Assembly: GCA_963836075.1 (NCBI GenBank)
Contig: CAWIIB010000009.1
Location: 3,264,001-3,328,000 of the forward strand
DNA from: an uncultured Acidobacteriota bacterium
GTDB taxonomy: Bacteria; Acidobacteriota; JAQAZP01
Direction of reading: 5' to 3'
Length of the DNA stretch: 64,000 nt
Position numbers and translations under genes: made by a program. The notes under the pieces were generated by a model, which was not told the DNA's origin, did not search any database, and was given only the letters and a program-made list of their open reading frames with translations. Within the stretch, counting starts at the first letter, position 1, and the number at the start of each line of letters is the position of its first letter. Below are positions 45,390 to 56,970 of this stretch, piece by piece.

Positions 45390-46376
45390 TCAGACCGCCG
45401 CCTCGTGGACGGCCACCTGCTGCAGGTCAAGTTGACCCAGACCGTGACGCCGGGCTTTATCGATCATGATGATGCCGGCCGGGTCGAGACCCCACAGCGA
45501 GGCGCAGTACGCATCCACCGCCACCCGGTCGGTGCCAGCCACCACCTTGTGCGGCCGGTGCAGTTCCCCGGGGCCGAAGGGGCCGTTGGTGATGATGAAT
45601 TCCGTGGCGTCCACCACGCAGAGTGCCGGGTGGATGACGGTGTTCAGATCGGCGATGCACTGGTCCAGGTGCCCGATGTCGTCGTTCTTGAAGTCGCCGG
45701 TGTGGAAAGTCCGGTTCGTTTTTGGTGAACTGAGCCCCATCATGTTCTTCAGCGCACCGGTGAACCGGTTTCCCGCGTGGTCCTTGGTGATCGGCAGGGT
45801 GATCAGCACGTCGTATTCAAAGAACAGCTCCATCACCCGGGCTTTCTTGAGTATTTCGCCCCGGGGAACGGACACCTCCCGGAACAGCGACTCATCAGCG
45901 CGGTCGACGATCCTCAACTGTGCCCCGGCCTGCTCCAGTGCCTGATCCAGACCGGTGGATTTCCAGCTGGACTGGGGGAGCCAGCTGAGACAGGCCACCT
46001 CAGCGGCCCCGGCCTCGCGGCACATGGTCACCACGGCCCGCACGATCTCCGGTTTGGTGAACGTTCCGGGGTTGCTCCGCTGGGCATTGGGCAGCAGGCA
46101 GACCTTCGAACCGCGGGGCACGAAACGATCCATCCCGCCCAGCAGGCGCATGGCCTCCACGGCCTGGGCCCGGGGGTTCCCACCCCGCACCACGGCAATG
46201 TCCGGAGGTGTCACCTTGGCTTCTTTGGCCTGCGGGTCAGCCGGCTTCTCTTCAGCTGTCGGCGGCTGGGTACTGCCTAGGGCCAGGTCAGCAAGCACCC
46301 GGCCGCCCACCAGCGACGCGGCGCAGATGCCGGTTCCCCGGCGGAGAAAGGAGCGACGGGAAATGTTTCGCTTCAC
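45390..46376 (-). CDS. DUF362 domain protein with Tat signal
   Basis: SRRSFLRR twin-Arg; LGGMDRFV, KDH, TGALKNMMG, DRVAVD. Confidence 0.8.
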   Translation of the reverse strand: MKRNISRRSFLRRGTGICAASLVGGRVLADLALGSTQPPTAEEKPADPQAKEAKVTPPDIAVVRGGNPRAQAVEAMRLLGGMDRFVPRGSKVCLLPNAQRSNPGTFTKPEIVRAVVTMCREAGAAEVACLSWLPQSSWKSTGLDQALEQAGAQLRIVDRADESLFREVSVPRGEILKKARVMELFFEYDVLITLPITKDHAGNRFTGALKNMMGLSSPKTNRTFHTGDFKNDDIGHLDQCIADLNTVIHPALCVVDATEFIITNGPFGPGELHRPHKVVAGTDRVAVDAYCASLWGLDPAGIIMIDKARRHGLGQLDLQQVAVHEAAV

Positions 46377-46587
46377 GGTGGGTTCCTCCCTGGTGTAAAG
46401 ATGGCTGAGCGCATTATCCACCAAGCGCTCCGATCGTTCAAACACCCGCGAGACGGTTGCTGTCGCGCCGTCGACTATCCCGGTATTCTTGACCTTGCCG
46501 GGGGTGATCACTATCCTTGGATCGACCGCCTGCCGGCCGGGGCTGCCGGGAATTCACCAGGAAACTCCACCAGGAGTGCAGCAGCAG

Positions 46588-48042
46588 ATGATGAACTTTC
46601 GCCGTCCGTTTCCCGGCTTGCCGCTCCGGGTTTCCGCTGTTCTTGCCGCCACTGTTCTCGTGCTGCTCCTTGCCGCGGCCTGGGGCTGTGGTCGGGAAAA
46701 GGGGGGCGAGCGCTGGAACCTGGTGCTGATCACCCTCGACACCTTGCGGGCCGACCATCTCGGCTGTTACGGCTACATCCGCGCCCGGACGCCGAACATT
46801 GACGGCTTTGCCAACGAGGCGCTTCGTTACCAGTGTGCCTACTCGGTGATCAACACCACCCTCGCCTCGCACGCCGCGATGATGACCGGGCGCTACCCGC
46901 AGGGCCTGGGGATCCCGCGCAACAGTTTTCCCCTGGCCCGGGACATCCCGACCCTGGCCGAGCTGCTTCGGGATGAGGGCTATACCACGGCGGCCTTTGT
47001 CAGCGCGTCTTCCCTGCACTCCTCCATGGGCCTGGCCCGGGGGTTCGAGACCTATGACGAGGATTTTGGCATCCTGCACCTGAACCAGGAGCAGCGCCGC
47101 GCCGAGAGCACCACCACCGCCGCTGGCCGCTGGCTCGGCGAGAATGGCGCCGGAAAGCCTTTCTTCCTCTGGGTCCACTACTTCGATCCCCACTATCCCT
47201 ATGCGCCGCCCCCGCCCTTCGACACCATCTACGGGTCGGACTACCAGGGCCCGGCCGACGGCAGCATGGAGTATCTGGCCACCTTGCGCTTGCCGCAAGC
47301 CCGGCCGACACCCGAGGACCTCCAGCAGATGGTCGACCTCTACGACGGGGAGATCGCCTACCTCGACCACTGGCTGGGGAAGCTGATCGAGAGGCTGGAG
47401 GCGCCGGGCATCGGCGAACGGACCCTGGTGGTGATCACCGCGGACCACGGGGAGCAGCTGCTGGAGTGCGAGGTGCTGTTCAATCACGGGCTCTACCTCT
47501 ACCAGCCGAGCGTGGCCGTCCCGCTGCTGATCCGTTTTCCCGAGCCGCTGAAGGTCACGCCGGCGGCGGCCAGCACGGTGCAGACGCTGGATATCCTCCC
47601 CACCATGCTGGCCGCCGCCGGCGTGACCTCTCCGCCGGATAGCGGCGGCCGGAGCCTTATCCCACTCCCGGGCTGCCGGGAACCGGCGGCAGGGCAGGAG
47701 GGGCCGCGGCCGGCCTTCGCCGAGGCCAGCCGGCCCTGGCACGTGGAACGGGGCCATCCGGACGAGTATCAGAACCTGCGCAAGGCGGCCATGGTGGTCA
47801 GCTACCCCTGGAAGCTGGTGGAGACGCCGTATCTCCACCAGGTTGAGCTGTACAACCTGGACCAGGACCCCGGGGAGCGGAACAATGTGGCCGGGGGGAA
47901 CCCGGAGCTGGCCGCCGACCTGCGCCGCCTGATCAGCGGCTGGAGGGACGGGGCGCAGGACGGTTCTGCCCGGCCGGACGACGAGAATCTGCGCCGGCTG
48001 GAAGCGCTGGGCTACGTGGAAGGCTCGCCGGACTCACCCTGA
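46588..48042 (+). CDS. Sulfatase-like alkaline-phosphatase-superfamily lipoprotein
   Basis: LDTLRADHL, TLASHAAMMTG, HYFDPH, YDGEI, ADHGE, LEALGYV; AWGC lipobox. Confidence 0.88.
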   Translation: MMNFRRPFPGLPLRVSAVLAATVLVLLLAAAWGCGREKGGERWNLVLITLDTLRADHLGCYGYIRARTPNIDGFANEALRYQCAYSVINTTLASHAAMMTGRYPQGLGIPRNSFPLARDIPTLAELLRDEGYTTAAFVSASSLHSSMGLARGFETYDEDFGILHLNQEQRRAESTTTAAGRWLGENGAGKPFFLWVHYFDPHYPYAPPPPFDTIYGSDYQGPADGSMEYLATLRLPQARPTPEDLQQMVDLYDGEIAYLDHWLGKLIERLEAPGIGERTLVVITADHGEQLLECEVLFNHGLYLYQPSVAVPLLIRFPEPLKVTPAAASTVQTLDILPTMLAAAGVTSPPDSGGRSLIPLPGCREPAAGQEGPRPAFAEASRPWHVERGHPDEYQNLRKAAMVVSYPWKLVETPYLHQVELYNLDQDPGERNNVAGGNPELAADLRRLISGWRDGAQDGSARPDDENLRRLEALGYVEGSPDSP

Positions 48043-48063
48043 CCCCATCCGGTCGGATTCCGG

Positions 48064-49503
48064 TCACTCGACATACCCGAGAACCCGCAGCCGTTCCCTG
48101 GTTGCCGGGCTGAACTCGGGAACCGCGGACCGTTCGCCGGCCGACGGCAGTTCCTCGAGAAGCGCCTCCATCCCGCCGCGCAACGCCTGCCCCACCTCCG
48201 GCATCGATTCGATCAGGTTGTCATACTCTCCGGGGTCGCTGGACAGGTGGTAGAGTTCGCTGATCTGGTCCGAGCCGACGATGAGCTTGTAATCGCCCCG
48301 GATCAAGCTGCGCAGGCTGCGGCGGTAGCGGTCGAGGACCGAGAGGTCGCGGTCCCGCTGACGGAAGGCGCCCAGGGCCTGCTGCGGATACCCGTACTCG
48401 GAGAGGAGCGGCCGGTCCCGGTCAATCCGCTCCCACTGTTCGGGAAGCAGGGGAATGGCGTGGCCCGGTTCTCCTTCCGATTCCAGGCCGCAGGCCTGCA
48501 CAAGGGTGGGGAAGATGTCGCTGATCACCACCGGTGCGTCGCAGGTCGCCCCGGCCGGGAACAGCTCGCGGTGGACCATGATCAGCGGGATGTGCAGCGT
48601 GGTGTTGTAGAGTGAAAAGACATGGTCCACCAGGCCGTGTTCGCCGAGATTCTCCCCGTGGTCCGAAGTGACCACCAGCACCGTGTTGTCCATCATCCCC
48701 TCACGCTCCAGCAGGCCGGCCACGTCTTCCATCGCTTCGTCGAGGCGGCGCAGCTCGGCGTCGTAGAGCGAGCTGAGCAGGCGGAAGGCCAGTGCGTCGT
48801 AGACGATCCGGCCCAGGAAGTAGTCGGTCCACCGCTGGGGCAGTGCCCTCGCCGCGGCCAGTTCCCTCTCCTCCAGCATCAGCAGGGCCTGGCGGTCAGG
48901 GGGGCGGTACGGGGCATGGGTGTCGAGGTAGTTGATGAACAGGAATAGCGGCTTCTCCCGGTTCCGCTCCTGCTTCCACCAGCGCCGCAGCTCGTAGTTC
49001 ACCCGGTGGGGGTAGCTGTCTCCCCAGCGGGTTATCTTTTTCGTTCGCTCCATTTTCCAGACCTCGTGAAAGGTCTGGAACCCCTGGGAAAGGTTGGTGG
49101 AACTGCCCACCAGGGGGTTGGCGGAGAAGGCCACGGTCTGGTAGCCCTGTGCGGCGAAGCGTTCGGCCAGTGTCAGGCAGCTGTCTTCCAGGTAGAGGTG
49201 TTCCTGGGTCGCCCCGTGGGAGAAGGGATAGAGGCCGGTGAACATGCTGGCGTGGGACGGAAGAGTCCAGCAGGACGTGGAATAGGCCCGGGTGAACCGG
49301 ACGCCCTGTCCGGCCAGCCGGTCGAGGAAGGGCGTCGTCTCCCGCTGATAGCCGTAGCTGCCGAACCGGTCGGCTCGCGAGGTGTCCAGAACCACCAGCA
49401 CCACGCTGGGCGGCAGCTCCTGCCGGGGTGAGCACTGGAGCAGGCCCAGGACCGCTGCTCCGGCAACAGCCAGCAAGATGGTAAGCGATGCGGTTCTGTT
49501 CAT
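48064..49503 (-). CDS. Sulfatase-like protein
   Basis: LDTSRAD, WTLPSHASMFTG, DTHAPY, SDHGE, LRVLGYV. Confidence 0.88.
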   Translation of the reverse strand: MNRTASLTILLAVAGAAVLGLLQCSPRQELPPSVVLVVLDTSRADRFGSYGYQRETTPFLDRLAGQGVRFTRAYSTSCWTLPSHASMFTGLYPFSHGATQEHLYLEDSCLTLAERFAAQGYQTVAFSANPLVGSSTNLSQGFQTFHEVWKMERTKKITRWGDSYPHRVNYELRRWWKQERNREKPLFLFINYLDTHAPYRPPDRQALLMLEERELAAARALPQRWTDYFLGRIVYDALAFRLLSSLYDAELRRLDEAMEDVAGLLEREGMMDNTVLVVTSDHGENLGEHGLVDHVFSLYNTTLHIPLIMVHRELFPAGATCDAPVVISDIFPTLVQACGLESEGEPGHAIPLLPEQWERIDRDRPLLSEYGYPQQALGAFRQRDRDLSVLDRYRRSLRSLIRGDYKLIVGSDQISELYHLSSDPGEYDNLIESMPEVGQALRGGMEALLEELPSAGERSAVPEFSPATRERLRVLGYVE

Positions 49504-49522
49504 CCCTTCACCTCAGCCTCGT

Positions 49523-51502
49523 TCAATAGCCGGACCGCAGAAATTCGGGAGAGAAGGGGACGCGGGGTTCCACATTGAAGGAGCAAAAGCGGACGCCGGT
49601 GAACTCGACCCGCTCCGGGCGGGCGTTGAGCATCCCGGGAAAAGTTATGGTCAGCGCCACCCGGCCGGCGTTGCCGGGCAGGAAAGCGCGGAACGATCCG
49701 CCTTCCGGCGTGGTGCGGAGACGCTCCATACCGTTGCCGTGCGCCCTCGGCCTGTCCTGCAGGATCCCGTTGACCCGGACCTTCATCTCCGGGACGGAGA
49801 AGCGCCGCAGCAGGCCGGGCCGGTACTCGAAGCGGCAGTTCATCTCCACAAAGCCCCGGCCCGTTCCCTCGGGCACGGGCCACTCCACCGTGAACCCGTT
49901 TTCCGCCGATGCGGCGATCAGGCCCTCCACGGTTCCGGTCACTGCCACCGGATCCGCCGCACTCTCCCGCTTTTCGTAGACGATGCTGGTCCCGAAACTG
50001 TGAATCGGCCGGTAGTGCCGCAGAATGTAATCGAGCAGCGGGTGCAGGTCCTCGGCCACCGCCGAAAAGAAGACGTTGTTGCAGTCGATGACCGCGTAGC
50101 GGGCATCCAGCTGAGCCAGGGTGTCGGCCAGCCGAGCCTGCCGCGACGGCATGCTCAGCCAGCAGTTGTCGTCGTGGGCCAGCAGCAGGGGCTGGCCGGC
50201 CCGGTACGCCTCGAATCCGTGCAGGGGGAAGATAATGCGCTCGCCTGGATGGCGATCGCAGAATTGACGGACCTGCTGCACCATCCTGTCGGTTGCCGGC
50301 ATGACGTGCACCCCGCCAGCCCATTCCGGCGCGGGCCAGCTCCGGCTGAAGTGCTCACGGTTGATGTTGTTTCCGGCGGTCCTGGCCCGGGTGGAATCGA
50401 AGGTGGTGATCCCCGAGGCGACCAGCAGGCAGAGCAGCACGCGATGCCAGTGCAAGCGCGCGCGCTGCTGGAACAGCCAGCCCATCAGCACCATGAACGG
50501 GGGGAGCACGTAGACCAGGTGATCGAAGGACGTGCGGACATAGTCCGAGGTCCAGAGCAGGGCGGCGTAGGTGGTGACCGCGGGAATCCAGATCGGGGCC
50601 GGCTCCCGCATGTTGCGGGAAGAACGGAGCACCGCGGTCCAGACCGCGGTGATCAGTACCAGGGCCAAAGGAAGGTAGTGGAACAGGGCTCGTGGATCGG
50701 CGGCGATTTCGGCGGGGCCGGGAAAGGGCAGGCCGAAAATCCAGACCTGGTTTGACGAGACATAAGCGGCGTGGGCCAGGTAGGCGGAACCCCAGACGGT
50801 GCCGGCGGTGAGCAGGGCCAGCATCAGGCCGGCGCAGGCGGCGCCCATCAGGTAGCGGAGTAGCGCGCCCTTGCGCAGGGACGGTGAAAGGGCGCAGAGG
50901 TCGAACAGGGCCAGCACGAGCGCTGACGGTACAAGGTAGATCCCGATATCCAGCGAGTAGAAGAAGGCGAAGAGGATCATCGGGAATACGGCGAGCCGGA
51001 TCCGGCCGGCAAAGCGTGTGCCGATGGACCGGGCCCAGACGGCGAGAAAGAACAGGCCCAGGACGGATCGTGTCGATCCGCAGTGAAAGAGGTGGCCCAC
51101 CGACCAGCAGGCCGCGGCAATGATGGTGAACAGCCGCCCCGGCCAGGCCAGGCCAAAGAGCCGGACTGATCCCAGCAGCATGGCCATCGACACCAGCGGG
51201 CTGGCGACGTAGAGGAAGAACTTCACCGAGAGCAGCGTCGCACCGCCGGTGAGCAGGGCGCAGAACGATTGGAAATAGTGATAGAGAGGGCCGTACCAGG
51301 GCAGGAAGTCCCGGTACGGGACCTGCCCGTCAAAGATGCGGACGGTGGCCATCAGCAGCGCCGTGTGGTGCAGGCGGTCGTAGCCGTGCCACAGGCCGGG
51401 GATGGGGAAGAGCACGGACCAGAGCACCACGAAATAGAGGCCCAGGGCGATCAGGTCCGCGTTGTGGAGCAGGCGTGGGCGCTGTGCCGCGAGATCAGTC
51501 AT
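49523..51502 (-). CDS. Polytopic membrane protein, GT-C glycosyltransferase-like
   Basis: GQVPYRDF...YGPL loop after the first TM; about ten TM helices; soluble C-terminal domain. Confidence 0.6.
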   Translation of the reverse strand: MTDLAAQRPRLLHNADLIALGLYFVVLWSVLFPIPGLWHGYDRLHHTALLMATVRIFDGQVPYRDFLPWYGPLYHYFQSFCALLTGGATLLSVKFFLYVASPLVSMAMLLGSVRLFGLAWPGRLFTIIAAACWSVGHLFHCGSTRSVLGLFFLAVWARSIGTRFAGRIRLAVFPMILFAFFYSLDIGIYLVPSALVLALFDLCALSPSLRKGALLRYLMGAACAGLMLALLTAGTVWGSAYLAHAAYVSSNQVWIFGLPFPGPAEIAADPRALFHYLPLALVLITAVWTAVLRSSRNMREPAPIWIPAVTTYAALLWTSDYVRTSFDHLVYVLPPFMVLMGWLFQQRARLHWHRVLLCLLVASGITTFDSTRARTAGNNINREHFSRSWPAPEWAGGVHVMPATDRMVQQVRQFCDRHPGERIIFPLHGFEAYRAGQPLLLAHDDNCWLSMPSRQARLADTLAQLDARYAVIDCNNVFFSAVAEDLHPLLDYILRHYRPIHSFGTSIVYEKRESAADPVAVTGTVEGLIAASAENGFTVEWPVPEGTGRGFVEMNCRFEYRPGLLRRFSVPEMKVRVNGILQDRPRAHGNGMERLRTTPEGGSFRAFLPGNAGRVALTITFPGMLNARPERVEFTGVRFCSFNVEPRVPFSPEFLRSGY

Positions 51503-51681
51503 CTACCCACCAGTCTATTCCGGCTCGGTCGCTGCCGCCGGCTTTGCGGAAATCCGGCATGCTGAAATCAGGACAACCTGGAGAGCATACGTGAAAGCGG
51601 ATTTATTGCCAACCGTTGACACCCGTGGGGGCCGGAACTATCCTTTTCCCGCCCTGGTTTCCCGCGGGCCTGGAGGATCGA

Positions 51682-53046
51682 ATGCGAGAACTGATGACAT
51701 CGCTGGCCGTGCTCGGCGTCGCTACGGTGCTCATCTATCTCCTGCTGGTTGCCGGCGGCGGTGATGTGGTTACCGTCGAGTCGGCCGGCGGCCCCTGGAA
51801 CCTGATCCTCCTCACCCTGGACACGCTCCGCGCTGACCACCTCGGCTGCTACGGGTATTTCCGGGAAACCTCACCTGCCATCGACCGCCTTGCCGGTGAG
51901 TCCGCAGTCTTTGACAACGCCATCATCCCTTCACCCTTTACCGCGCCCTCCCACGCCACCATGCTCACCGGCCTCTATCCCGCAGGGCACGGGGTGCTGA
52001 CCAACGGCTACCGGCTGGTCAGCGCCAACCGCTCGTTGGCCGAGGTGCTGCGGGACAGCGGATACCGCACCGCCGGCTTTGTCGCCGCCCGGCGGGTGCT
52101 GGGTCGGCGGTTCGGCTTCGGCCAGGGTTTCGAGGTTTTCGAGGAAGGGGAGGCGGACCAGCGGCGGGCCGCCGAGGTCAACCGGGAGGTCACGGCCTGG
52201 CTCGAGACCCTCGGCGACGGGGAGCGTTTTTTTGCCTGGATCCACTACTACGACATCCACTGCGACTACCAGGCGCCCGAGCCCTGGTTCGAGCTGTTCT
52301 GCCCCGGCTACGGCGGGGATATCGACCCGCACGGCAAGTGCGGCAAGTCGTATTACAACAGTGCCGAGCTGGACGACGAGGACCTGGATTACGTCCGCTC
52401 GCTCTACGACGGTGAGATCCGCTACGTCGACGAGCAGATCTCCGGGCTGCTGGACCGGCTGGCGGAAACCGGGCTGCTCCACCGGACGATCATCGTCATC
52501 ACCTCCGACCATGGCGAGTCTCTGGGCGAGCGGGGCCTCGTGGGCCACAACCTCTGCCTCTACGACTACGAGATCCGCGTGCCGTTGATCATCCGCCACC
52601 CGGGGCTCGCCGCGGCCCCGTCCCGGATCGGGAACCTGGTGTCCACTGCTTCGCTGATGCCGAGCCTGCTCGAACTGCTGGGCATCGCCCACCACGGGGA
52701 TCTGGATGAGACCAGTTTCGCCGGCCTGCTCCACGGCCGTCCCCGGCGCCCCTCGTTTGGATTTTCCCACACCGCTCCCGAAGGCCAGGCCGCCCAGCTC
52801 TTCAGCATCCGCACCCGGGACCGCAAGCTGATCCTCAACCCGGACGGCCGGCAGGAATTCTACTCGCTGAATAACGGCGTGGAGCAGGACCCGCCGGCAG
52901 GTGACCGGGATCAATCGGCGGAGCAACTCCGAAATGCGCTCAGCCGGTGGATCCTCCACCGGGAAGAGCGTGCGTCGGGCAAGGGCCAGGCGGTCAGTGA
53001 CGAGGTGAAGCAGCAGTTGAAGGCACTGGGCTACGTCAACCAGTAG
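51682..53046 (+). CDS. Sulfatase-like protein
   Basis: LDTLRADHL, FTAPSHATMLTG, YDGEI, SDHGE, LKALGYV. Confidence 0.88.
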   Translation: MRELMTSLAVLGVATVLIYLLLVAGGGDVVTVESAGGPWNLILLTLDTLRADHLGCYGYFRETSPAIDRLAGESAVFDNAIIPSPFTAPSHATMLTGLYPAGHGVLTNGYRLVSANRSLAEVLRDSGYRTAGFVAARRVLGRRFGFGQGFEVFEEGEADQRRAAEVNREVTAWLETLGDGERFFAWIHYYDIHCDYQAPEPWFELFCPGYGGDIDPHGKCGKSYYNSAELDDEDLDYVRSLYDGEIRYVDEQISGLLDRLAETGLLHRTIIVITSDHGESLGERGLVGHNLCLYDYEIRVPLIIRHPGLAAAPSRIGNLVSTASLMPSLLELLGIAHHGDLDETSFAGLLHGRPRRPSFGFSHTAPEGQAAQLFSIRTRDRKLILNPDGRQEFYSLNNGVEQDPPAGDRDQSAEQLRNALSRWILHREERASGKGQAVSDEVKQQLKALGYVNQ

Positions 53047-53269
53047 GTCAGGGCGGTCTGCAGTCCGCAGCCCCGAGGCGACCACCCTCATCCCCCACCA
53101 AAGCCCGTCTGGCGGAAAAAATTATCGCTAACCACTGAAAGTATACTAAAATAATAGGGTATAAGTGGTCACGACCATGATTTTCGGTCAGGTGACGTAG
53201 TGCGGCCTCGCTGACTGGCGAAACAGTCTGACGCCGGAGCGCAGCAGGAGAAAGTGGAAAGGTGACCCG

Positions 53270-53719
53270 ATGAAATTGCGCGTGTTTCTGATAGACGACG
53301 ATCAGAGGATCAGGGATCTGGTGCAGGATGTTGTGGAGGAGCGGGGGCACAAGGTGTATGCCTTTACCGAGCCGTTCCGCTGCCCGATCCTGCTCAACGA
53401 GAAGTGTGACTGCCCCGATGGCTGGCAGTGCGGTGACCTGTTCATCACCGATCTGGAGATGCCGGGGATGAGCGGCCTCGATTTTATCGCCAACCAGGTC
53501 CGTTTCGGCTGCCGGGGGCTGACGGAAAACACCGCGGTGATGTCCGGGGGCTGGACCGACGGCGAACTGGCCCGGGCCAGGGAGCTGGGCTGCCGGACGT
53601 TTCACAAACCGTTCGATCTGGAAGAATTCATCTCCTGGATCGAGGCGTGCGAACGGCGGGCCAATCCCGCCCGGGGGCTGACCGCCATGTGCGTCGACCG
53701 GCAGGCCGCACAGTCGTAG
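53270..53719 (+). CDS. Single-domain response regulator with Cys-rich insertion
   Basis: LIDDD, ITDLEMPGMSG, MSG, KPF; CPILLNEKCDCPDGWQC insert. Confidence 0.88.
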   Translation: MKLRVFLIDDDQRIRDLVQDVVEERGHKVYAFTEPFRCPILLNEKCDCPDGWQCGDLFITDLEMPGMSGLDFIANQVRFGCRGLTENTAVMSGGWTDGELARARELGCRTFHKPFDLEEFISWIEACERRANPARGLTAMCVDRQAAQS

Positions 53720-53731
53720 GTCAAAGGGGAG

Positions 53732-54983
<1,252 letters not shown>

Positions 54984-55014
54984 GGTTCAGATCTCCTTTG
55001 CGCAGCCCGGACGG

Positions 55015-56251
55015 CTATTCATAGCGCAGGGCCTCCAGCGGCTTCATCCGCGACGCCTTGAGCGCCGGGATCAGGCCGGAGACCAGACCCACCAGCAGGG
55101 AAACGGCGATGGCCACCAGCACGATTCCCACGGAAATGCTGGCCGGCATCACCAGCCGGTCGATGAGGGCGGTGGCCCCGTAGGCCAGCACCAGCCCAAC
55201 CAGGCAGCCGGCGAGGCAGATGGCCGAGCTTTCGATGAGAAACTGGGACAGAATCGCCCGCCGTTTGGCGCCGATGGCCTTGCGGATGCCGATCTCCCTG
55301 GTCCGTTCGGTGACCGAGACGAACATGATGTTGGTCACCCCGATGCCGCCCACAAAGAGCGAGATGCCGGTGATCAGCATGCCGATCAGCACCACTACCC
55401 CCATCACGTTGTTGAACATCGCCACCAGGGCGTCCATCTTGTTGATCGCGAAGTTGTCGTCCTCGGTGGGGCGCAGGCGGCGGATCTTGCGCATCTCGCC
55501 GATCACCTCGAACTCGAAGTCTTCCAGCGCCTCTCCGGGGGGGGCTTTGACCGCGATGTCGAGGTTGCGGTTGGCCATGCCGAAGCAGCAGGCGAAGGTG
55601 GTGATCGGCACCTGAATCTGGCTGTCGAAGTCCGGGCCGCCGAAGACGCCGGCGCTGCCCTGTTTCTCCATCACCCCCACCACCCGGTAGTTGTGCCGGC
55701 CCACCTTGACCGTCTTGTTCAACGGGTCACTGTTTTCGAAGAGCTTTTCGTGGATCGTGCTGCCAATGACGCAGACCCGTTTCTTGTAGTTTACGTCGTA
55801 GGCGCTGAGGAAGCGGCCGAATTCGGGCACCGCGCTGGAGACCAGCATCTGTTTGTGGGTCGTGCCGATCACATCCACGTTGTCCATGGTGCTGGAGAGA
55901 TACTTCATCGCCCGCCGGGTGCTGGCGGTGGGGTTCACCGCAACGGCGCTGTGCAGCGCCCGGTCCAGCTTGGTCGGAATCCTTGAGGTCGACGTTGGGC
56001 CGGTTGCGAAAGTCGAAGAAGCGGCCGGTGTGGACCCAGGGCGTCCGCGAGATGTAGAGCACGTCCGAGCCGAGAACCGAGACGCTCTCCTTGAACGAGT
56101 TGGAAAGGCCATTGGCCGCGGTCATGGTGGTCACCACGCCGACGATGCCGATGATGATGCCGAGGGTCGTGAGGATGCCGCGGGACTTGTTGGCCCGCAC
56201 CGCTCCGAAGGCGATCCTCATCGACTCGGCGATTTCGTGGACTATCCTCAC
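55015..56251 (-). CDS. MacB/FtsX-family ABC permease; frameshift ~55972
   Basis: [10 protein letters not shown]; [28 protein letters not shown]. Confidence 0.88.
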
Positions 56252-56970
56252 ATCACGACCTGCATCAGCGGCTCACGGAGTACCGCGGAGTCATCCTCGA
56301 TCAGCCCGTCACGCAACTTGATCACCCGCTCGGTGTGCCGGGCCATGGCTTCTTCGTGGGTCACCAGCAGGATGGTGTTCCCCTGCCGGTGCAGCCGGTT
56401 GAAGATGCCCATGATCTCCTCGCCGGTGACGCTGTCCAGGTTTCCGGTGGGCTCGTCGGCGAGGATCATCGAGGGCTTGTTGACCAGGGCCCGGGCAATG
56501 GCCACCCGCTGGCGCTCGCCGCCCGACAGCTCGCTGGGCTTGTGGTGCATCCTGGCGCTCAGGCCCACCGCCTCGATGGCCTCCTGCACCAGCTGTTTCC
56601 GCTTTCCGCGGGCCATTCCACCGTAGATCAGCGGCAGCTCGACGTTGTAGAAGACGTCGGTGCGCGGGATCAGGTTGAAGGTCTGGAAGACGAAACCGAT
56701 CATCCGGTTACGGATTTCGGCCAGCTGATCTTCCTTGAGCGTGCTCACGTCCACGCCATCCAGGAGGTAGCTGCCCGAGGTGGGCGTGTCGAGACAGCCG
56801 AGGAGATTCATCATCGTCGACTTGCCGGAGCCGGAAGGCCCCATGATCGCCACGTATTCATTCTTGTCAATGTCAAAGTTGACCCCTTTCAGGGCCGGCA
56901 CTTCCACACTGCCCATGCGGTAGGTCTTGACCAGTTGATTCACTTGTACGGTCATTGCTGCCTCGCTCAT
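56248..56970 (-). CDS. ABC transporter ATP-binding protein (LolD/MacB-type)
   Basis: [30 protein letters not shown]. Confidence 0.94.
   Translation of the reverse strand: MSEAAMTVQVNQLVKTYRMGSVEVPALKGVNFDIDKNEYVAIMGPSGSGKSTMMNLLGCLDTPTSGSYLLDGVDVSTLKEDQLAEIRNRMIGFVFQTFNLIPRTDVFYNVELPLIYGGMARGKRKQLVQEAIEAVGLSARMHHKPSELSGGERQRVAIARALVNKPSMILADEPTGNLDSVTGEEIMGIFNRLHRQGNTILLVTHEEAMARHTERVIKLRDGLIEDDSAVLREPLMQVVM

Noticed and set aside
53205-53250. GACTGGCGAAACAGTC as a ZTP or c-di-GMP-I riboswitch
   Set aside because: Only a short hairpin; lacks the ZTP GCCTGGGC pseudoknot element and the GCAAA motifs of c-di-GMP-I
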